Below, piece after piece: positions 7,804 through 18,293 of a DNA stretch of 64,000 nt (position 1 is the first letter of the stretch; each line of letters opens with the position of its first letter). The stretch covers positions 92,783 through 156,782 of the forward strand of contig JAZNVH010000010.1 in assembly GCA_045592745.1 (NCBI GenBank), in the 5' to 3' direction. Under the pieces are notes generated by a model. It had not been told where the DNA came from. It searched no databases and saw nothing but the letters and a program-made list of their open reading frames with translations. The position numbers and the translations under genes were made by a program. The stretch is from Candidatus Aphodoplasma sp. GTDB taxonomy: Bacteria > Bacillota > Clostridia > UBA1381 > UMGS1253.

Positions 7804-9414
7804 GTGCTTCGGATAAACAACATAAAAGTAAATATTGACAGCTTTACAAACGAATACTTGCATATAGCCACAGCACGTGCGCTTAATATAAGTCAAGATA
7901 AAATCAAAACGTTAAAGCTTGTTAAAAAATCAATTGACGCGCGCAAAAAGAGTGATGTTCACTATGTATGCAGCGTTGATGTAGTGCTTAATTGTGATGA
8001 GGACGCTTTATTTGAATTGTTGGAAAAGAAGAATAAAGTAGCAAATATCAAAAAGGTTGTACCAACCTCTTTTGACATTACAAAACCAAAGCGTCTGCCA
8101 GATTTGCGACCTGTTGTATGCGGTTTTGGGCCCGCGGGTATGTTTTGCGCTCTTATGCTCGCAAGGGCAGGATTTCGCCCGATTGTTTTAGAGCGTGGCG
8201 GCGACGTTGATTCGCGCACAAAGGCGGTGGAAAAGTTTTTTAGCGCAGGTGTTCTTGATGAGAGCACAAACGTGCAGTTTGGCGAAGGTGGCGCAGGTAC
8301 GTTTTCTGATGGTAAGCTGACGTGCGGAATAAATGATGAGCGTATGAGCTATATACTTTCCCAGTTTGTGCATTTTGGAGCGGACGAGGACATAATGTAT
8401 ATGGCAAAGCCGCACATCGGCACAGATGTACTAAGGCGCGTGGTTAAAAATTTGCGAAAAGAGATAGAAAATCTTGGTGGTGAGGTGCATTTTAACACTA
8501 AGCTGTGTGACATAAAATTTAAAAATGATATGATAAACGCCGCAGTGTGTGATACTCCCGAAGGCAAGCTTGAGCTTTCGTGTGATACGCTTATAATGGC
8601 GATTGGACACAGTGCTCGCGATACGTTTTCTTTGCTTTATGACAAAGGCTTAGAGTTTTTGCAAAAACCGTTTTCAATAGGGGTGCGTATAGAGCACCTG
8701 CAGAGTATGATAAACCTTTCGCAGTATGGTGAAAAATATCAAAACGGAGAGATTGGCGCTGCGGATTATAAGCTGTCATGCAAGACCTTAGGTGGACGCG
8801 GCGTATATACATTTTGTATGTGTCCCGGAGGCAGCGTCGTAGCTGCTGCGTCAGAGTGTGGCGGCGTTGTTACAAATGGAATGAGTCTTCATGCACGAAA
8901 CGGCAAAAATGCAAATGCTGCGCTTTTGTGTGATGTAAGTACAAGTGATTTTAAAAGTGAGCATCCTTTGGCGGGAATAGAGTTTCAAAGAATATGGGAG
9001 AAGAAGGCGTATATTCTTGGGCAAAGAAGTTATAAAGCGCCTGTAAATCTTGTGGGAGATTTTTTAAAAAATCGTGTTGCCGCTTCTTTTGGGGCTGTTT
9101 TGCCGACATATATGCCCGGCACTGTATTTGCAAATCTTGATGAGTGTTTGCCTGATTTTGCTACTAAGGCATTTAGAGAGGCGCTTATGCAATTTGATAC
9201 TCGCATACACGGGTTTGCAAGTGATGATGCGGTTATGACGGGAGTTGAAACGCGCTCGTCATCACCTGTAAGAATTGTTCGAAATGAAAAGTACGAAAGC
9301 TGCAAAAAGGGAATTTTTCCGTGTGGCGAGGGCGCGGGCTATGCGGGCGGTATAATGAGTGCGGCGCTCGACGGCATTAAGGTAGCGTGCGAGATAATTG
9401 GAAGATTTGAGTAG
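7804..9414 (+). CDS. Uncharacterised NAD(P)/FAD-dependent oxidoreductase (COG2509-like)
   Basis: GFGPAG Rossmann motif, FGEGGAGTFSDGKL, YTFCMCPGG, GVETRSSSP and GEGAGYAGGIMSAA. Confidence 0.88.
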   Translation: MLRINNIKVNIDSFTNEYLHIATARALNISQDKIKTLKLVKKSIDARKKSDVHYVCSVDVVLNCDEDALFELLEKKNKVANIKKVVPTSFDITKPKRLPDLRPVVCGFGPAGMFCALMLARAGFRPIVLERGGDVDSRTKAVEKFFSAGVLDESTNVQFGEGGAGTFSDGKLTCGINDERMSYILSQFVHFGADEDIMYMAKPHIGTDVLRRVVKNLRKEIENLGGEVHFNTKLCDIKFKNDMINAAVCDTPEGKLELSCDTLIMAIGHSARDTFSLLYDKGLEFLQKPFSIGVRIEHLQSMINLSQYGEKYQNGEIGAADYKLSCKTLGGRGVYTFCMCPGGSVVAAASECGGVVTNGMSLHARNGKNANAALLCDVSTSDFKSEHPLAGIEFQRIWEKKAYILGQRSYKAPVNLVGDFLKNRVAASFGAVLPTYMPGTVFANLDECLPDFATKAFREALMQFDTRIHGFASDDAVMTGVETRSSSPVRIVRNEKYESCKKGIFPCGEGAGYAGGIMSAALDGIKVACEIIGRFE

Positions 9415-9448
9415 ATGTATTTTGATAGGCTAAATTAAGCACATAGAC

Positions 9449-9477
9449 TTGCAAAGATATTAAAAATAATATATAAT
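9449..9477 (+). promoter_or_regulatory. SigA-type promoter for trmB and downstream genes
   Basis: TTGCAA-17 nt-TATAAT. Confidence 0.65.
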
Positions 9478-9510
9478 ATAAACTAAAATACAATAGAGGA
9501 TGAAACCCTA

Positions 9511-10149
9511 ATGAGAATGAGAAGAAAAAAACATCGTGAGGAGCGCTATGACGCTTGTATAGACCTTGCGATTGAGAGCTTTGATGATGTTAAAAACTTA
9601 AAAGATATATTTGGTAATGACAAACCGATTCATATGGAAATTGGCTGTGGCAAGGGTAGGTTTATGTTAAATCTTGCAAAGCTCAATCCCGATATAAACT
9701 ATATTGCCATTGAAAAAAATATGGACGTTATAATAATGGCGATGGAAAAAATAAAGCAGGCAGGACTTTGCAATGTTAGATTTTTTGCTGGCGATGTTGA
9801 TGTGCTGAGGGATAAAAGCTTTGACAATCAGATAGAAAGAATTTACATAAATTTTTGCGATCCATGGAAAAAGAGCTGTCAGGCGAAAAGAAGGCTTACT
9901 CATAAGAATTATTTATCCTTGTACGAAAAGCTGTTAAAGCAAAACGGAGAAGTATTTTTTAAAACCGATAATCAAAAGCTTTTTGAATTTTCACTAAATT
10001 CATTTGCCGACTATCCGGTAAAAATGCAAAATATAACGCTTGATTTGCACAATTCAAAATACGAGGGCAATATTATGACGGAATATGAAGAAAACTTTTC
10101 ATCTAAAGGGATGCCGATTTATCGATGTGAGTTGATTTTTAATATATAA
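9511..10149 (+). CDS. trmB: tRNA (guanine-N7)-methyltransferase
   Basis: MEIGCGKG, INFCDPWKK...KRRLTH, FKTDN and MTEYE motifs. Confidence 0.95.
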   Translation: MRMRRKKHREERYDACIDLAIESFDDVKNLKDIFGNDKPIHMEIGCGKGRFMLNLAKLNPDINYIAIEKNMDVIIMAMEKIKQAGLCNVRFFAGDVDVLRDKSFDNQIERIYINFCDPWKKSCQAKRRLTHKNYLSLYEKLLKQNGEVFFKTDNQKLFEFSLNSFADYPVKMQNITLDLHNSKYEGNIMTEYEENFSSKGMPIYRCELIFNI

Positions 10150-10168
10150 AAATCAGGGGGAACTGATT

Positions 10169-10228
10169 ATGAAGTTTAAAATGGAATTTGGATTATTAAA
10201 AACGGAGTATCTCCGATGGCGAAATTAA
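10169..10228 (+). CDS. Possible 19-aa leader peptide upstream of trpB
   Basis: MKFKMEFGLLKTEYLRWRN behind a well-spaced AGGGGGA RBS; single Trp codon at position 17. Confidence 0.35.
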   Translation: MKFKMEFGLLKTEYLRWRN

Positions 10229-10278
10229 ATATATTTTTGTATCACAAAATATTTTAAAATCAAAAGGAGATAGATAAT

Positions 10279-11505
10279 ATGAATAAATATAAGGATTTTG
10301 AAAATTACTTAAAAGAATTTCCAAATAGCGAAGGCTATTTTGGTGAATACGGCGGCTCATATCAGGCACAGGAGCTTATTGAGGCTTTTAAAGAAGCCGA
10401 TGATGCGTATGAGGCAATATGCCACAGTGCACAGTTTATAAATGAGCTTAGAAGAATAAGAAAAGAGTTTCAGGGAAGACCCACTCCCGTATATCACTGT
10501 GAGCGTCTTTCAAAGCTTTTTGGTAACTGCCAGATTTATTTAAAACGTGAGGATCTTAACCATACGGGTGCGCATAAGCTTAACCATTGTATGGGTGAAG
10601 GCCTTTTGGCAAAATATATGGGAAAGAAAAAAATTATCGCAGAAACCGGTGCAGGTCAGCACGGTGTTGCTATTGCGACTGCGGCCGCATACTTTGGCAT
10701 GGAGTGCGATGTATACATGGGTGAGGTTGATATAGAAAAGCAGCATCCAAACGTTATACGCATGAAGATACTCGGCGCAAATGTTATACCTGTAACACGC
10801 GGACTTAAAACACTTAAGGAAGCCTGTGATGCAGCTTTTGAGGCATATCTTAGAGAGTATAAAGATGCAATTTATTGTATCGGTACAGCCGCAGGCCCGC
10901 ACCCATTCCCGAAAATGGTACGTGATTTTCAATCTGTTATCGGTATTGAGGCAAGGGAGCAATTTTTAGAAATGACGGGTATTATGCCTGACGCGATTAC
11001 AGCGTGTGTAGGCGGCGGAAGCAATTCACTCGGTATGTTTACACCATTTTTGGCAGACCCGGTTGAAATCTATGGCGTAGAGCCTCTTGGAAGAGGGGCA
11101 AATGTCGGTGACCATGCGGCAACAATGGCATATGGAACTAAGGGAATTATTCACGGATATTCAAGCTATGTTCTTCAGGACGAAAACGGCGAGCCGCTTC
11201 CTGTTTATTCAATTGCCAGCGGACTTGACTATCCGGGTGTAGGACCTGAGCATGCATATCTTCGTGATGCAGGACGCGTTCATTACGAAACTGTGTCCGA
11301 CGAAGAGGCTATGGAGGCGTTCTTCCTTTTGTCAAGATATGAGGGTATTATTCCTGCAATTGAGAGTGCTCATGCTGTTGCGCATGCAATAAGATATGCA
11401 AAAGAGCATAAGTCGGGTTCAATACTTGCGTGTCTTTCAGGAAGAGGCGACAAAGATATTGATTATGTATACGAAAAATATGGCTGTGGAGAGCAGTATA
11501 AATAA
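10279..11505 (+). CDS. trpB: Tryptophan synthase beta subunit (stand-alone)
   Basis: [12 protein letters not shown] (PLP lysine), [31 protein letters not shown] and LSGRGDKD. No trpA nearby. Confidence 0.93.
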   Translation: MNKYKDFENYLKEFPNSEGYFGEYGGSYQAQELIEAFKEADDAYEAICHSAQFINELRRIRKEFQGRPTPVYHCERLSKLFGNCQIYLKREDLNHTGAHKLNHCMGEGLLAKYMGKKKIIAETGAGQHGVAIATAAAYFGMECDVYMGEVDIEKQHPNVIRMKILGANVIPVTRGLKTLKEACDAAFEAYLREYKDAIYCIGTAAGPHPFPKMVRDFQSVIGIEAREQFLEMTGIMPDAITACVGGGSNSLGMFTPFLADPVEIYGVEPLGRGANVGDHAATMAYGTKGIIHGYSSYVLQDENGEPLPVYSIASGLDYPGVGPEHAYLRDAGRVHYETVSDEEAMEAFFLLSRYEGIIPAIESAHAVAHAIRYAKEHKSGSILACLSGRGDKDIDYVYEKYGCGEQYK

Positions 11506-11549
11506 TTTTTAATGCTTTGCACTTAAAAAACGAGAAAGTGACTGTTAAT

Positions 11550-13391
11550 ATGATAGATAAAATTGACAAAATTTTAATGTCGGTACAAAAGCCCGTGCAG
11601 TATACGGGCGGAGAGCTTGGCATGGTAAAAAAAGATGCAGACAGCGTTGATATTCGCTTTGCATTTTGTTTTCCTGACAATTATGAAGTGGGTATGTCGC
11701 ATCTTGGTATGAAGATACTTTATCATCTTTTAAATGAGCGCAATGATACCTACTGTGAGCGTGTTTTTGCTCCGTGGCCAGATATGGAAGCAAAGATGCG
11801 CGAAAACGATATGAAGCTTTTTTCACTCGAAACTAAAACGAGTGTGTGCGATTTTGACATAGTAGGTTTTACACTTATGTATGAGCTTTGCTATTCAAAC
11901 GTTATAAATATGCTTGATTTGGCGGGAATAAAAATAAAAAGCAGCGATCGCGGTGAAGGTGAGCCGTTTGTATGTGCAGGCGGTGCGTGTGCGTATAATC
12001 CCGAACCGCTTGCCGACATGATAGACTTTTTTATCATGGGTGAGGGTGAAGAGGTTTTGCCCGAGGTTATGGACGCTTACAGTGAATGGAAAAAGAGTGG
12101 ACAAAAACGCGAAAAGTTTTTAGAATCTATATGCGAAATTGAGGGGATATACGTACCTGCATTTTATGATGTGACGTATAATGAAGATAAAACTATCGCA
12201 TCATTTGAGCCAAATCGCGCGTGTGCAAAAAAGAAAATAAAAAAGCGCATAATCCACGATTTTGATAACTCATATTTTCCAGAGCAGCTTGTTGTTCCGT
12301 ACGCAGAAACCGTTCACGACAGAGTGACACTTGAAATTTTCAGAGGATGTATACGCGGTTGCCGTTTTTGTCAGGCGGGATATGTGTATCGTCCCGTAAG
12401 AGAAAAAAATGCCAAAAAGCTTGTAGAGCTTGCAAAAAAGCTTGTATCGGCAACGGGGTATGAAGAAATTTCTCTTTGCTCTCTCAGTACAAGCGATTAC
12501 ACACAGCTTAGCGAGCTTACCGAAGGGCTTTTGGATGAAATCTGTAAAAAGAAGGTTAATTTATCACTTCCTTCACTTCGTATTGATAATTTTTCGTTAG
12601 ACCTTATGGAAAAGGTGCAGACTGTGCGAAAAAGCGGTATTACCTTTGCGCCCGAAGCGGGAAGTCAGCGCCTTCGTGATGTTATAAAAAAAGGCGTTAC
12701 CGAGCAGGATTTGCTTGATTCTGTTTCGCTTATATTCGGTGGCGGTTGGACAAATGTCAAGCTCTATTTTATGATAGGTCTTCCGACTGAAACGAGTGAG
12801 GATATTCTGGGAATTGGCGCGCTTTCGTCAAAGGTGCTTGACGAGTATTATAAGCTGCCAAAAGAAAGCCGACATGGTGCGCCACGTATAAGCGTAAGCG
12901 CATCAACCTTTGTTCCAAAGCCATTTACGCCTTTCCAATGGGAAAGTCAGGATAATATTGAAACTATATATGAAAAACAAGGTATAGCAAGAAGTTCGAT
13001 AAAATCAAAGCAGATAAAATTCAGTTGGCACGATGCCGAAACAAGCTTTCTTGAAGGCGTGTTTGCCCGAGGAGACAGAAGACTTTGTGATGTACTTATT
13101 GCGGCGCATAAAAATGGCTGTAAGTTTGATGGTTGGAATGAATATTTTGATTTTGAAGCATGGCAAAAATCGTTTGAAGAGTGCGGCGTTGATGCGACAT
13201 TTTATAATCAGCGCAAGCGCAGCTTTGACGAAATACTTCCATGGGACCATATTGATGTCGGCGTAAGTAAGACGTTTTTGGAAAAAGAGGCGCGTCTTGC
13301 ATACGAAGAAAAGCTTACTCCAAACTGCAGAGAACAGTGCACAGGCTGCGGTGCTGCATGTTTTAAAGGGGGTATATGCGTTGAAAGGTAA
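11550..13391 (+). CDS. TIGR03960-family B12-binding radical SAM protein
   Basis: FPDNYEVGMSHLG, CxxxCxxC (RGCIRGCRFCQ), FAPEAGSQRLR and C-terminal PNCR..C..CGA. Start ATG 11550 is inferred. Confidence 0.9.
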   Translation: MIDKIDKILMSVQKPVQYTGGELGMVKKDADSVDIRFAFCFPDNYEVGMSHLGMKILYHLLNERNDTYCERVFAPWPDMEAKMRENDMKLFSLETKTSVCDFDIVGFTLMYELCYSNVINMLDLAGIKIKSSDRGEGEPFVCAGGACAYNPEPLADMIDFFIMGEGEEVLPEVMDAYSEWKKSGQKREKFLESICEIEGIYVPAFYDVTYNEDKTIASFEPNRACAKKKIKKRIIHDFDNSYFPEQLVVPYAETVHDRVTLEIFRGCIRGCRFCQAGYVYRPVREKNAKKLVELAKKLVSATGYEEISLCSLSTSDYTQLSELTEGLLDEICKKKVNLSLPSLRIDNFSLDLMEKVQTVRKSGITFAPEAGSQRLRDVIKKGVTEQDLLDSVSLIFGGGWTNVKLYFMIGLPTETSEDILGIGALSSKVLDEYYKLPKESRHGAPRISVSASTFVPKPFTPFQWESQDNIETIYEKQGIARSSIKSKQIKFSWHDAETSFLEGVFARGDRRLCDVLIAAHKNGCKFDGWNEYFDFEAWQKSFEECGVDATFYNQRKRSFDEILPWDHIDVGVSKTFLEKEARLAYEEKLTPNCREQCTGCGAACFKGGICVER

Positions 13392-14049
13392 ATATACATA
13401 CAGATTTCGCTATGAAAAAACGCCCGAGGTAAGATACGTTTCGCATCTTGATTTTGTCAGAGTATTAAACCGCACTGTGCGTCGTTCGGGACTGCCAATA
13501 ACGTATACAGAAGGTTTTAATCCGCATCCTGTAATGATGGTTGCGATGCCGCTTTCTGTTGGTGTTACCAGCGAGGATGAGTATATCGATATAGATTTTG
13601 ACGAAAAAGTAGCTGAGCAGGAAGTGCTAAAGCGCTTTAATGATGCGTTTGGCGGTGGATTTATCGCTACGGCGGTAAAATGTCTTGGTGAAGGCGATTT
13701 AAGCCTTAAAAAGCTTGACGAGGCAAGATACAGAGTAATCGTAGAGCAGGAAGGAACGGACATCCCTGACATAGATGCTTTTTTGTCGCGTGATACGATT
13801 GTTGTATCTAAAAAAAGTAAGAGCACAACAAAAGATGTAGATATTAAAAATGATATAAAATCGCTCAAAATTGTGAGCACAGAGGGAAATTATATCACGT
13901 TTGATATCGATGTTCCTGCAGGAAATGAATATAATTTAAAACCGGAGCTTGTTATACATGCGATGGACAAGTATCTTGATGGTTTTAATGTTAAATTTGT
14001 ACTCGCTCACAGAACTGCACTTTTATGCAAAGGACAAAGATTTATATAA
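13381..14049 (+). CDS. TIGR03936-family radical SAM-associated protein (DUF2344)
   Basis: RYVSHLDF..VLNRTVRRSGLPI.YTEGFNPHP. TTG start at 13381 behind GGGGGT; overlaps the upstream gene end. Confidence 0.88.
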   Translation: MKGKYTYRFRYEKTPEVRYVSHLDFVRVLNRTVRRSGLPITYTEGFNPHPVMMVAMPLSVGVTSEDEYIDIDFDEKVAEQEVLKRFNDAFGGGFIATAVKCLGEGDLSLKKLDEARYRVIVEQEGTDIPDIDAFLSRDTIVVSKKSKSTTKDVDIKNDIKSLKIVSTEGNYITFDIDVPAGNEYNLKPELVIHAMDKYLDGFNVKFVLAHRTALLCKGQRFI

Positions 14050-14088
14050 GCTTTATATAAATATAAATTAAACTTAGGAGGAATAAAA

Positions 14089-14475
14089 ATGGTAAAAGGA
14101 ATTGAACATGTAGCTATATTTTCAAAGGATTCAAAGGCACTAAGTGATTGGTACAAAGAGATGTTTGATTTAAAAATCGTATATGATAACGGCAAGGGAA
14201 CATACTTTTTGGCTTTTGAGAGCGGCGATATGATTGAGTTTTGTATGACAGATGTGCTTGAAGACAAAAAGCATGAAAAGACATCGGGTATTCGCCATTT
14301 TGCATTCTCAATTGATGATGCTGATTTTGAGCCTATGGTTAAAAAGTTAAAGGACTCGGGTGCAGAGGTTGTAGCTGATGTTGTGGCGAACGCAAAGGGA
14401 ATCAAGACATTCTTTTTCCGTGATATAGACGGAAATGTATCACATCTTATTGTAAGACCTGAGCCGCTTGTATAA
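14089..14475 (+). CDS. VOC/glyoxalase family protein
   Basis: IEHVAI, GIRHFAF and FFRDIDGN motifs; 128 aa. Confidence 0.88.
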   Translation: MVKGIEHVAIFSKDSKALSDWYKEMFDLKIVYDNGKGTYFLAFESGDMIEFCMTDVLEDKKHEKTSGIRHFAFSIDDADFEPMVKKLKDSGAEVVADVVANAKGIKTFFFRDIDGNVSHLIVRPEPLV

Positions 14476-14493
14476 GCAGTCTGGAGGAAAAAC

Positions 14494-15132
14494 ATGGAAG
14501 CTATAAAAAGATGGCGCAGAGAGTGCGTTGCAAAGCAAACTATAGAAGCTTTGAAAGATAAAGGGTATAATGCTGTTTATGTTGAAAATATTGATGCTGT
14601 ACGTGCTGTAGTAGCGTCGCTTATACCTCAGGGAGCGAGCGTGGCTGTTGGAGGAAGTGTGACACTTAATGAAACGGGTGTGCTTTCGGACATACAAAGC
14701 GGTGCATATAATTTTATTGACCGCTATAATCAGGCAAGCAGTGAGGATACATACAAAAAGCTTCGCGAAAGCTTTTTTGCAGACTTTTTTGTGACAAGCA
14801 CAAATGCGATTACAAAAAACGGCGAGCTTATAAATATTGACGGTACGGGCAACAGAACGAGCGCAATGGAGTTTGGACCAAAAAACGTAATTGTTATTGC
14901 GGGCGCAAACAAAATTGTGCGTGATATAAATGAAGGCATAGTGCGTGTAAAACAGATTGCACCCATGAATGCTAAGCGTTTAAATCGCTCCACTCCGTGC
15001 ACAGTTGACGGAAAATGCCATGAATGTACGTGCGAGCAGAGGATATGTAACATCACAAGTATCATACATAACTGTTACAGATTTCCGGGTAGGATTACAG
15101 TGATTTTGGTTCCTGAAGAGCTTGGTTATTAA
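14494..15132 (+). CDS. LUD/LutC (YkgG)-domain protein
   Basis: VAVGGSVTL, TSTNAIT..GELINIDGTGNR, AGANKIV and the C-terminal PC...G.C..C.C..RIC cluster. Confidence 0.85.
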   Translation: MEAIKRWRRECVAKQTIEALKDKGYNAVYVENIDAVRAVVASLIPQGASVAVGGSVTLNETGVLSDIQSGAYNFIDRYNQASSEDTYKKLRESFFADFFVTSTNAITKNGELINIDGTGNRTSAMEFGPKNVIVIAGANKIVRDINEGIVRVKQIAPMNAKRLNRSTPCTVDGKCHECTCEQRICNITSIIHNCYRFPGRITVILVPEELGY

Positions 15133-15142
15133 AAACGATAAG

Positions 15143-15179
15143 AAAATACCCTTGAAAGTGAAATTTCAAGGGTATTTTT
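15143..15179. terminator. Bidirectional intrinsic terminator between the LUD gene and valS
   Basis: AAAATACCCTTGAAA/TTTCAAGGGTATTTT inverted repeat between convergent genes. Confidence 0.85.
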
Positions 15180-15191
15180 ATATGCGGTAAA

Positions 15192-17822
15192 TTATTTCAA
15201 AGCTGCAATGCTTTCTTCAACCTTTTTAAGCATTTCGGCATATTTTTTGCCCTTAGCGGCCTCTGCTTCTACAACAGCGGCAGGCGCTTTGTCGGTAAAG
15301 CCTTTGTTTGAAAGCTTGCTTTCGACTCTTTTTATCTCACTAATAAGAGTTTGCTTTTCCTTTTCAAGACGCGTCAGCTCTTTTTCTTTGTCAACAAGCT
15401 CTTCCATAGGAAGATATATGCTTGCGCCTTCAACAACGATGCATACACTGCCTTCCGATATGCCGCCGTTGTCTTTTACAACGCTCACGCCCTGAGCGCT
15501 TGCAAGCTTTTCGAAAAATCCGATTCCGCTTGAAAATACGTCTGTAAGCTCTGTTACAATTATAAGACTGCACTTCTTTGAAGGCGGAACATTCATTTCG
15601 CTTCTTGTATTACGGATGCTCTTGATTGCCTCCATAATAAGTGACATATTTTTCTCATCGGCTGCAAAATTAAGCTTTTCATCATATTTTGGCCAGTCGC
15701 TTATCATAATGCTTTCGCCAACGTGTGGCAAATGTTGCCATATTTCTTCAGTGATAAAGGGCATAAACGGATGAAGTAGTTTCATTGTTTCTGACAAAAC
15801 GTATGTGAGTACATACTGAGCAGTTATACGCGACGGATTTTCAGTGTCAAACAGACGCGGTTTTACAAGTTCGATATACCAGTCGCAATAATCGTCCCAT
15901 ATAAAGTCGTAAATCTTTGAAAGTGCAACGCCAAGCTCGAATTTGTCAAGATTGTCGGTAACTTCTTTTACGACGTTATTAAACTTACTTATAATCCACT
16001 TATCTTCGAGTGCAAGCTCGCTCGCATCGGGAAGTTTGTTATCATTGATTTCAAGATTCATCAAAACAAAACGCGATGCGTTCCATATCTTATTTGCAAA
16101 GTTACGGCTTGCCTGTACCTTTTTATCTGAAAAACGCATATCGTTTCCTGGCGCATTACCTGTTATAAGTGTAAAACGAAGTGCGTCTGCACCATATTTT
16201 TCGATGATTTCGAGCGGGTCAATACCGTTTCCAAGCGATTTTGACATTTTGCGTCCCTGCTCATCACGAACAAGACCATGTATAAATACATGCTTAAACG
16301 GCTCACTCTTCATATGCTCTGCGCTTGAGAAAATCATTCTTGCAACCCAGAAGAATATGATATCATATCCCGTTACGAGTACTGATGTGGGGAAGAACTT
16401 TTCAAGCTCGGTTGTCTTATTTGGCCAGCCAAGTGTCGAAAACGGCCATAGTGCTGATGAAAACCATGTATCAAGAACGTCGGGGTCCTGCTTTACGCTG
16501 CCCCCGCACTTGGGACATACATCTACGGGTGTTTTTGAAACAACTGTTTCGCCGCACGCGTCGCAGTAATATGCGGGTATTCTGTGTCCCCACCAAAGCT
16601 GACGCGAAATGCACCAGTCGTGCACATTTTCCATCCAGTTTAAATATGTCTTTGTAAATCTTTCGGGAACAAACTGTGTTTTTCCTTCTGTTACGATTTT
16701 TATAGCCTCTTTTGCAAGCGGCTCCATTTTAACAAACCACTGCTTTGATGTGATAGGCTCAACTGTTGTGCCGCAACGATAGCACTGACCCACATTGTGT
16801 GAATGTGGCTCGATTTTTACAAGAAAACCACCTTCTTCAAGGTCAGCTACAATCTGTTTTCTTGCTTCGTAACGGTTAAGTCCTTCATATTTTCCACCAA
16901 AGGAGTTTATAGTTGCATCGTCGTTCATAACCTTTATTTGCTCAAGGTTATGACGAAGACCAACCTCAAAGTCATTCGGGTCATGCGCAGGTGTAATTTT
17001 AACTGCGCCTGTACCAAAATCTTTGTCAACGTATTCGTCGGCAATAATCGGTATCTCACGTCCAACAAGCGGAAGCACAAGCATCTTTCCAACAAGGTGA
17101 GTATATCTTTCGTCATCAGGATGAACTGCAACAGCAGTATCTCCCAAAAGTGTTTCAGGACGTGTTGTTGCGATTGTAAGATATTCGTCAGAATCTTTTA
17201 CATAATATCTTATGTGCCAGAAATTTCCTTCGTGCTCTTCATACTCAACCTCAGCGTCAGAAAGCGCCGTAGCACAGCTTGGACACCAGTTTATAATTCT
17301 GCTGCCCTGATATATAAGTCCTTTTTTATAAAGGTTTACAAATACCTCAAGAACGGCATCGGAGCATCCTTCGTCCATAGTAAAGCGCTCGCGGTCCCAG
17401 TCGCATGAACAACCGATTTTTTTAAGCTGGCTGATAATTCTGTCGCCGTATTGTTTTTTCCAGTCCCATACACGCTCCAAAAACGCCTCACGTCCAAGGT
17501 CGTAGCGGGTTTTGCCTTCTTCTTTTCGAAGAACTTCTTCAACCTTTATCTGTGTTGCGATACCTGCGTGGTCAGTGCCGGGAATCCAAAGAGCCTCAAA
17601 GCCTGACATACGCTTATAACGAATAAGGATATCCTGAAGTGTTTCGTCAAGAGCATGTCCCATGTGAAGCTGACCGGTAACGTTCGGGGGAGGAATTACA
17701 ATTGTGAAAGGCTCTTTGTCGCTCTTTTCATCTGCATGAAAAAAGCCATTTTCCGTCCAGAATTTGTATAATCTGTCCTCAAACTGGGATGGTTCATAAG
17801 TTTTAGCAATATTGTCATTCAT
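15192..17822 (-). CDS. valS: Valine--tRNA ligase
   Basis: [38 protein letters not shown] and KMSKS motifs; C-terminal coiled coil. Confidence 0.98.
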   Translation of the reverse strand: MNDNIAKTYEPSQFEDRLYKFWTENGFFHADEKSDKEPFTIVIPPPNVTGQLHMGHALDETLQDILIRYKRMSGFEALWIPGTDHAGIATQIKVEEVLRKEEGKTRYDLGREAFLERVWDWKKQYGDRIISQLKKIGCSCDWDRERFTMDEGCSDAVLEVFVNLYKKGLIYQGSRIINWCPSCATALSDAEVEYEEHEGNFWHIRYYVKDSDEYLTIATTRPETLLGDTAVAVHPDDERYTHLVGKMLVLPLVGREIPIIADEYVDKDFGTGAVKITPAHDPNDFEVGLRHNLEQIKVMNDDATINSFGGKYEGLNRYEARKQIVADLEEGGFLVKIEPHSHNVGQCYRCGTTVEPITSKQWFVKMEPLAKEAIKIVTEGKTQFVPERFTKTYLNWMENVHDWCISRQLWWGHRIPAYYCDACGETVVSKTPVDVCPKCGGSVKQDPDVLDTWFSSALWPFSTLGWPNKTTELEKFFPTSVLVTGYDIIFFWVARMIFSSAEHMKSEPFKHVFIHGLVRDEQGRKMSKSLGNGIDPLEIIEKYGADALRFTLITGNAPGNDMRFSDKKVQASRNFANKIWNASRFVLMNLEINDNKLPDASELALEDKWIISKFNNVVKEVTDNLDKFELGVALSKIYDFIWDDYCDWYIELVKPRLFDTENPSRITAQYVLTYVLSETMKLLHPFMPFITEEIWQHLPHVGESIMISDWPKYDEKLNFAADEKNMSLIMEAIKSIRNTRSEMNVPPSKKCSLIIVTELTDVFSSGIGFFEKLASAQGVSVVKDNGGISEGSVCIVVEGASIYLPMEELVDKEKELTRLEKEKQTLISEIKRVESKLSNKGFTDKAPAAVVEAEAAKGKKYAEMLKKVEESIAALK

Positions 17823-17843
17823 AGTTTATTAAACCTCCAAAAG

Positions 17844-18035
17844 TCATATATAATCGGGAAGCACCGCAAGCACGGCGCATATTATTACAAGTATAAGCAT
17901 CAAAAACTTAAATTTTATTATCTGTTGTTCTTCTGGCTCATTTTTTGTGACGGCGTAGAGCACCTTTTTTGAAAGAAAAGAGGTGACGCCGAAAATGACG
18001 GCAAAAACAGCAACAGCTATTTTATAAATAAGCAT
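17844..18035 (-). CDS. Small two-TM membrane protein
   Basis: Two hydrophobic helices. Start ATG 18035 behind GGAG; the longer track start runs into the promoter leader. Confidence 0.6.
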   Translation of the reverse strand: MLIYKIAVAVFAVIFGVTSFLSKKVLYAVTKNEPEEQQIIKFKFLMLILVIICAVLAVLPDYI

Positions 18036-18104
18036 AAAAATCTCCGTTCTACTGCGTGAAAGCAGCAAAAATTTTTTAATTTTTAATACAAACATACATA
18101 ATAT

Positions 18105-18133
18105 AGTTTAGTGCAAACAGCTTAAAAAGTCAA
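18105..18133 (-). promoter_or_regulatory. SigA-type promoter for the small membrane gene and valS
   Basis: TTGACT-17 nt-TAAACT on the - strand. Confidence 0.65.
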
Positions 18134-18228
18134 GTAAAATATGGCATTTGTAATAAAAATGTCGATTTGTGTGCGCATATGTATATGTTTCATGTCATGA
18201 AGAATATGTTAATGATATATATTTATTT

Positions 18229-18257
18229 TTGACAAATTATATAAGATATGTTATAAT
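18229..18257 (+). promoter_or_regulatory. SigA-type promoter for the M50-scpA-scpB operon
   Basis: Perfect TTGACA-17 nt-TATAAT with TG extension. Confidence 0.85.
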
Positions 18258-18293
18258 AGATATAAATATAAAAAACAAAACGGAGGAGATTTT

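Noticed and set aside
17822-18133. valS lacks a T-box leader
   Set aside because: Real (the promoter and a small membrane gene lie directly upstream), but T-box loss at individual synthetases is common in Clostridia.
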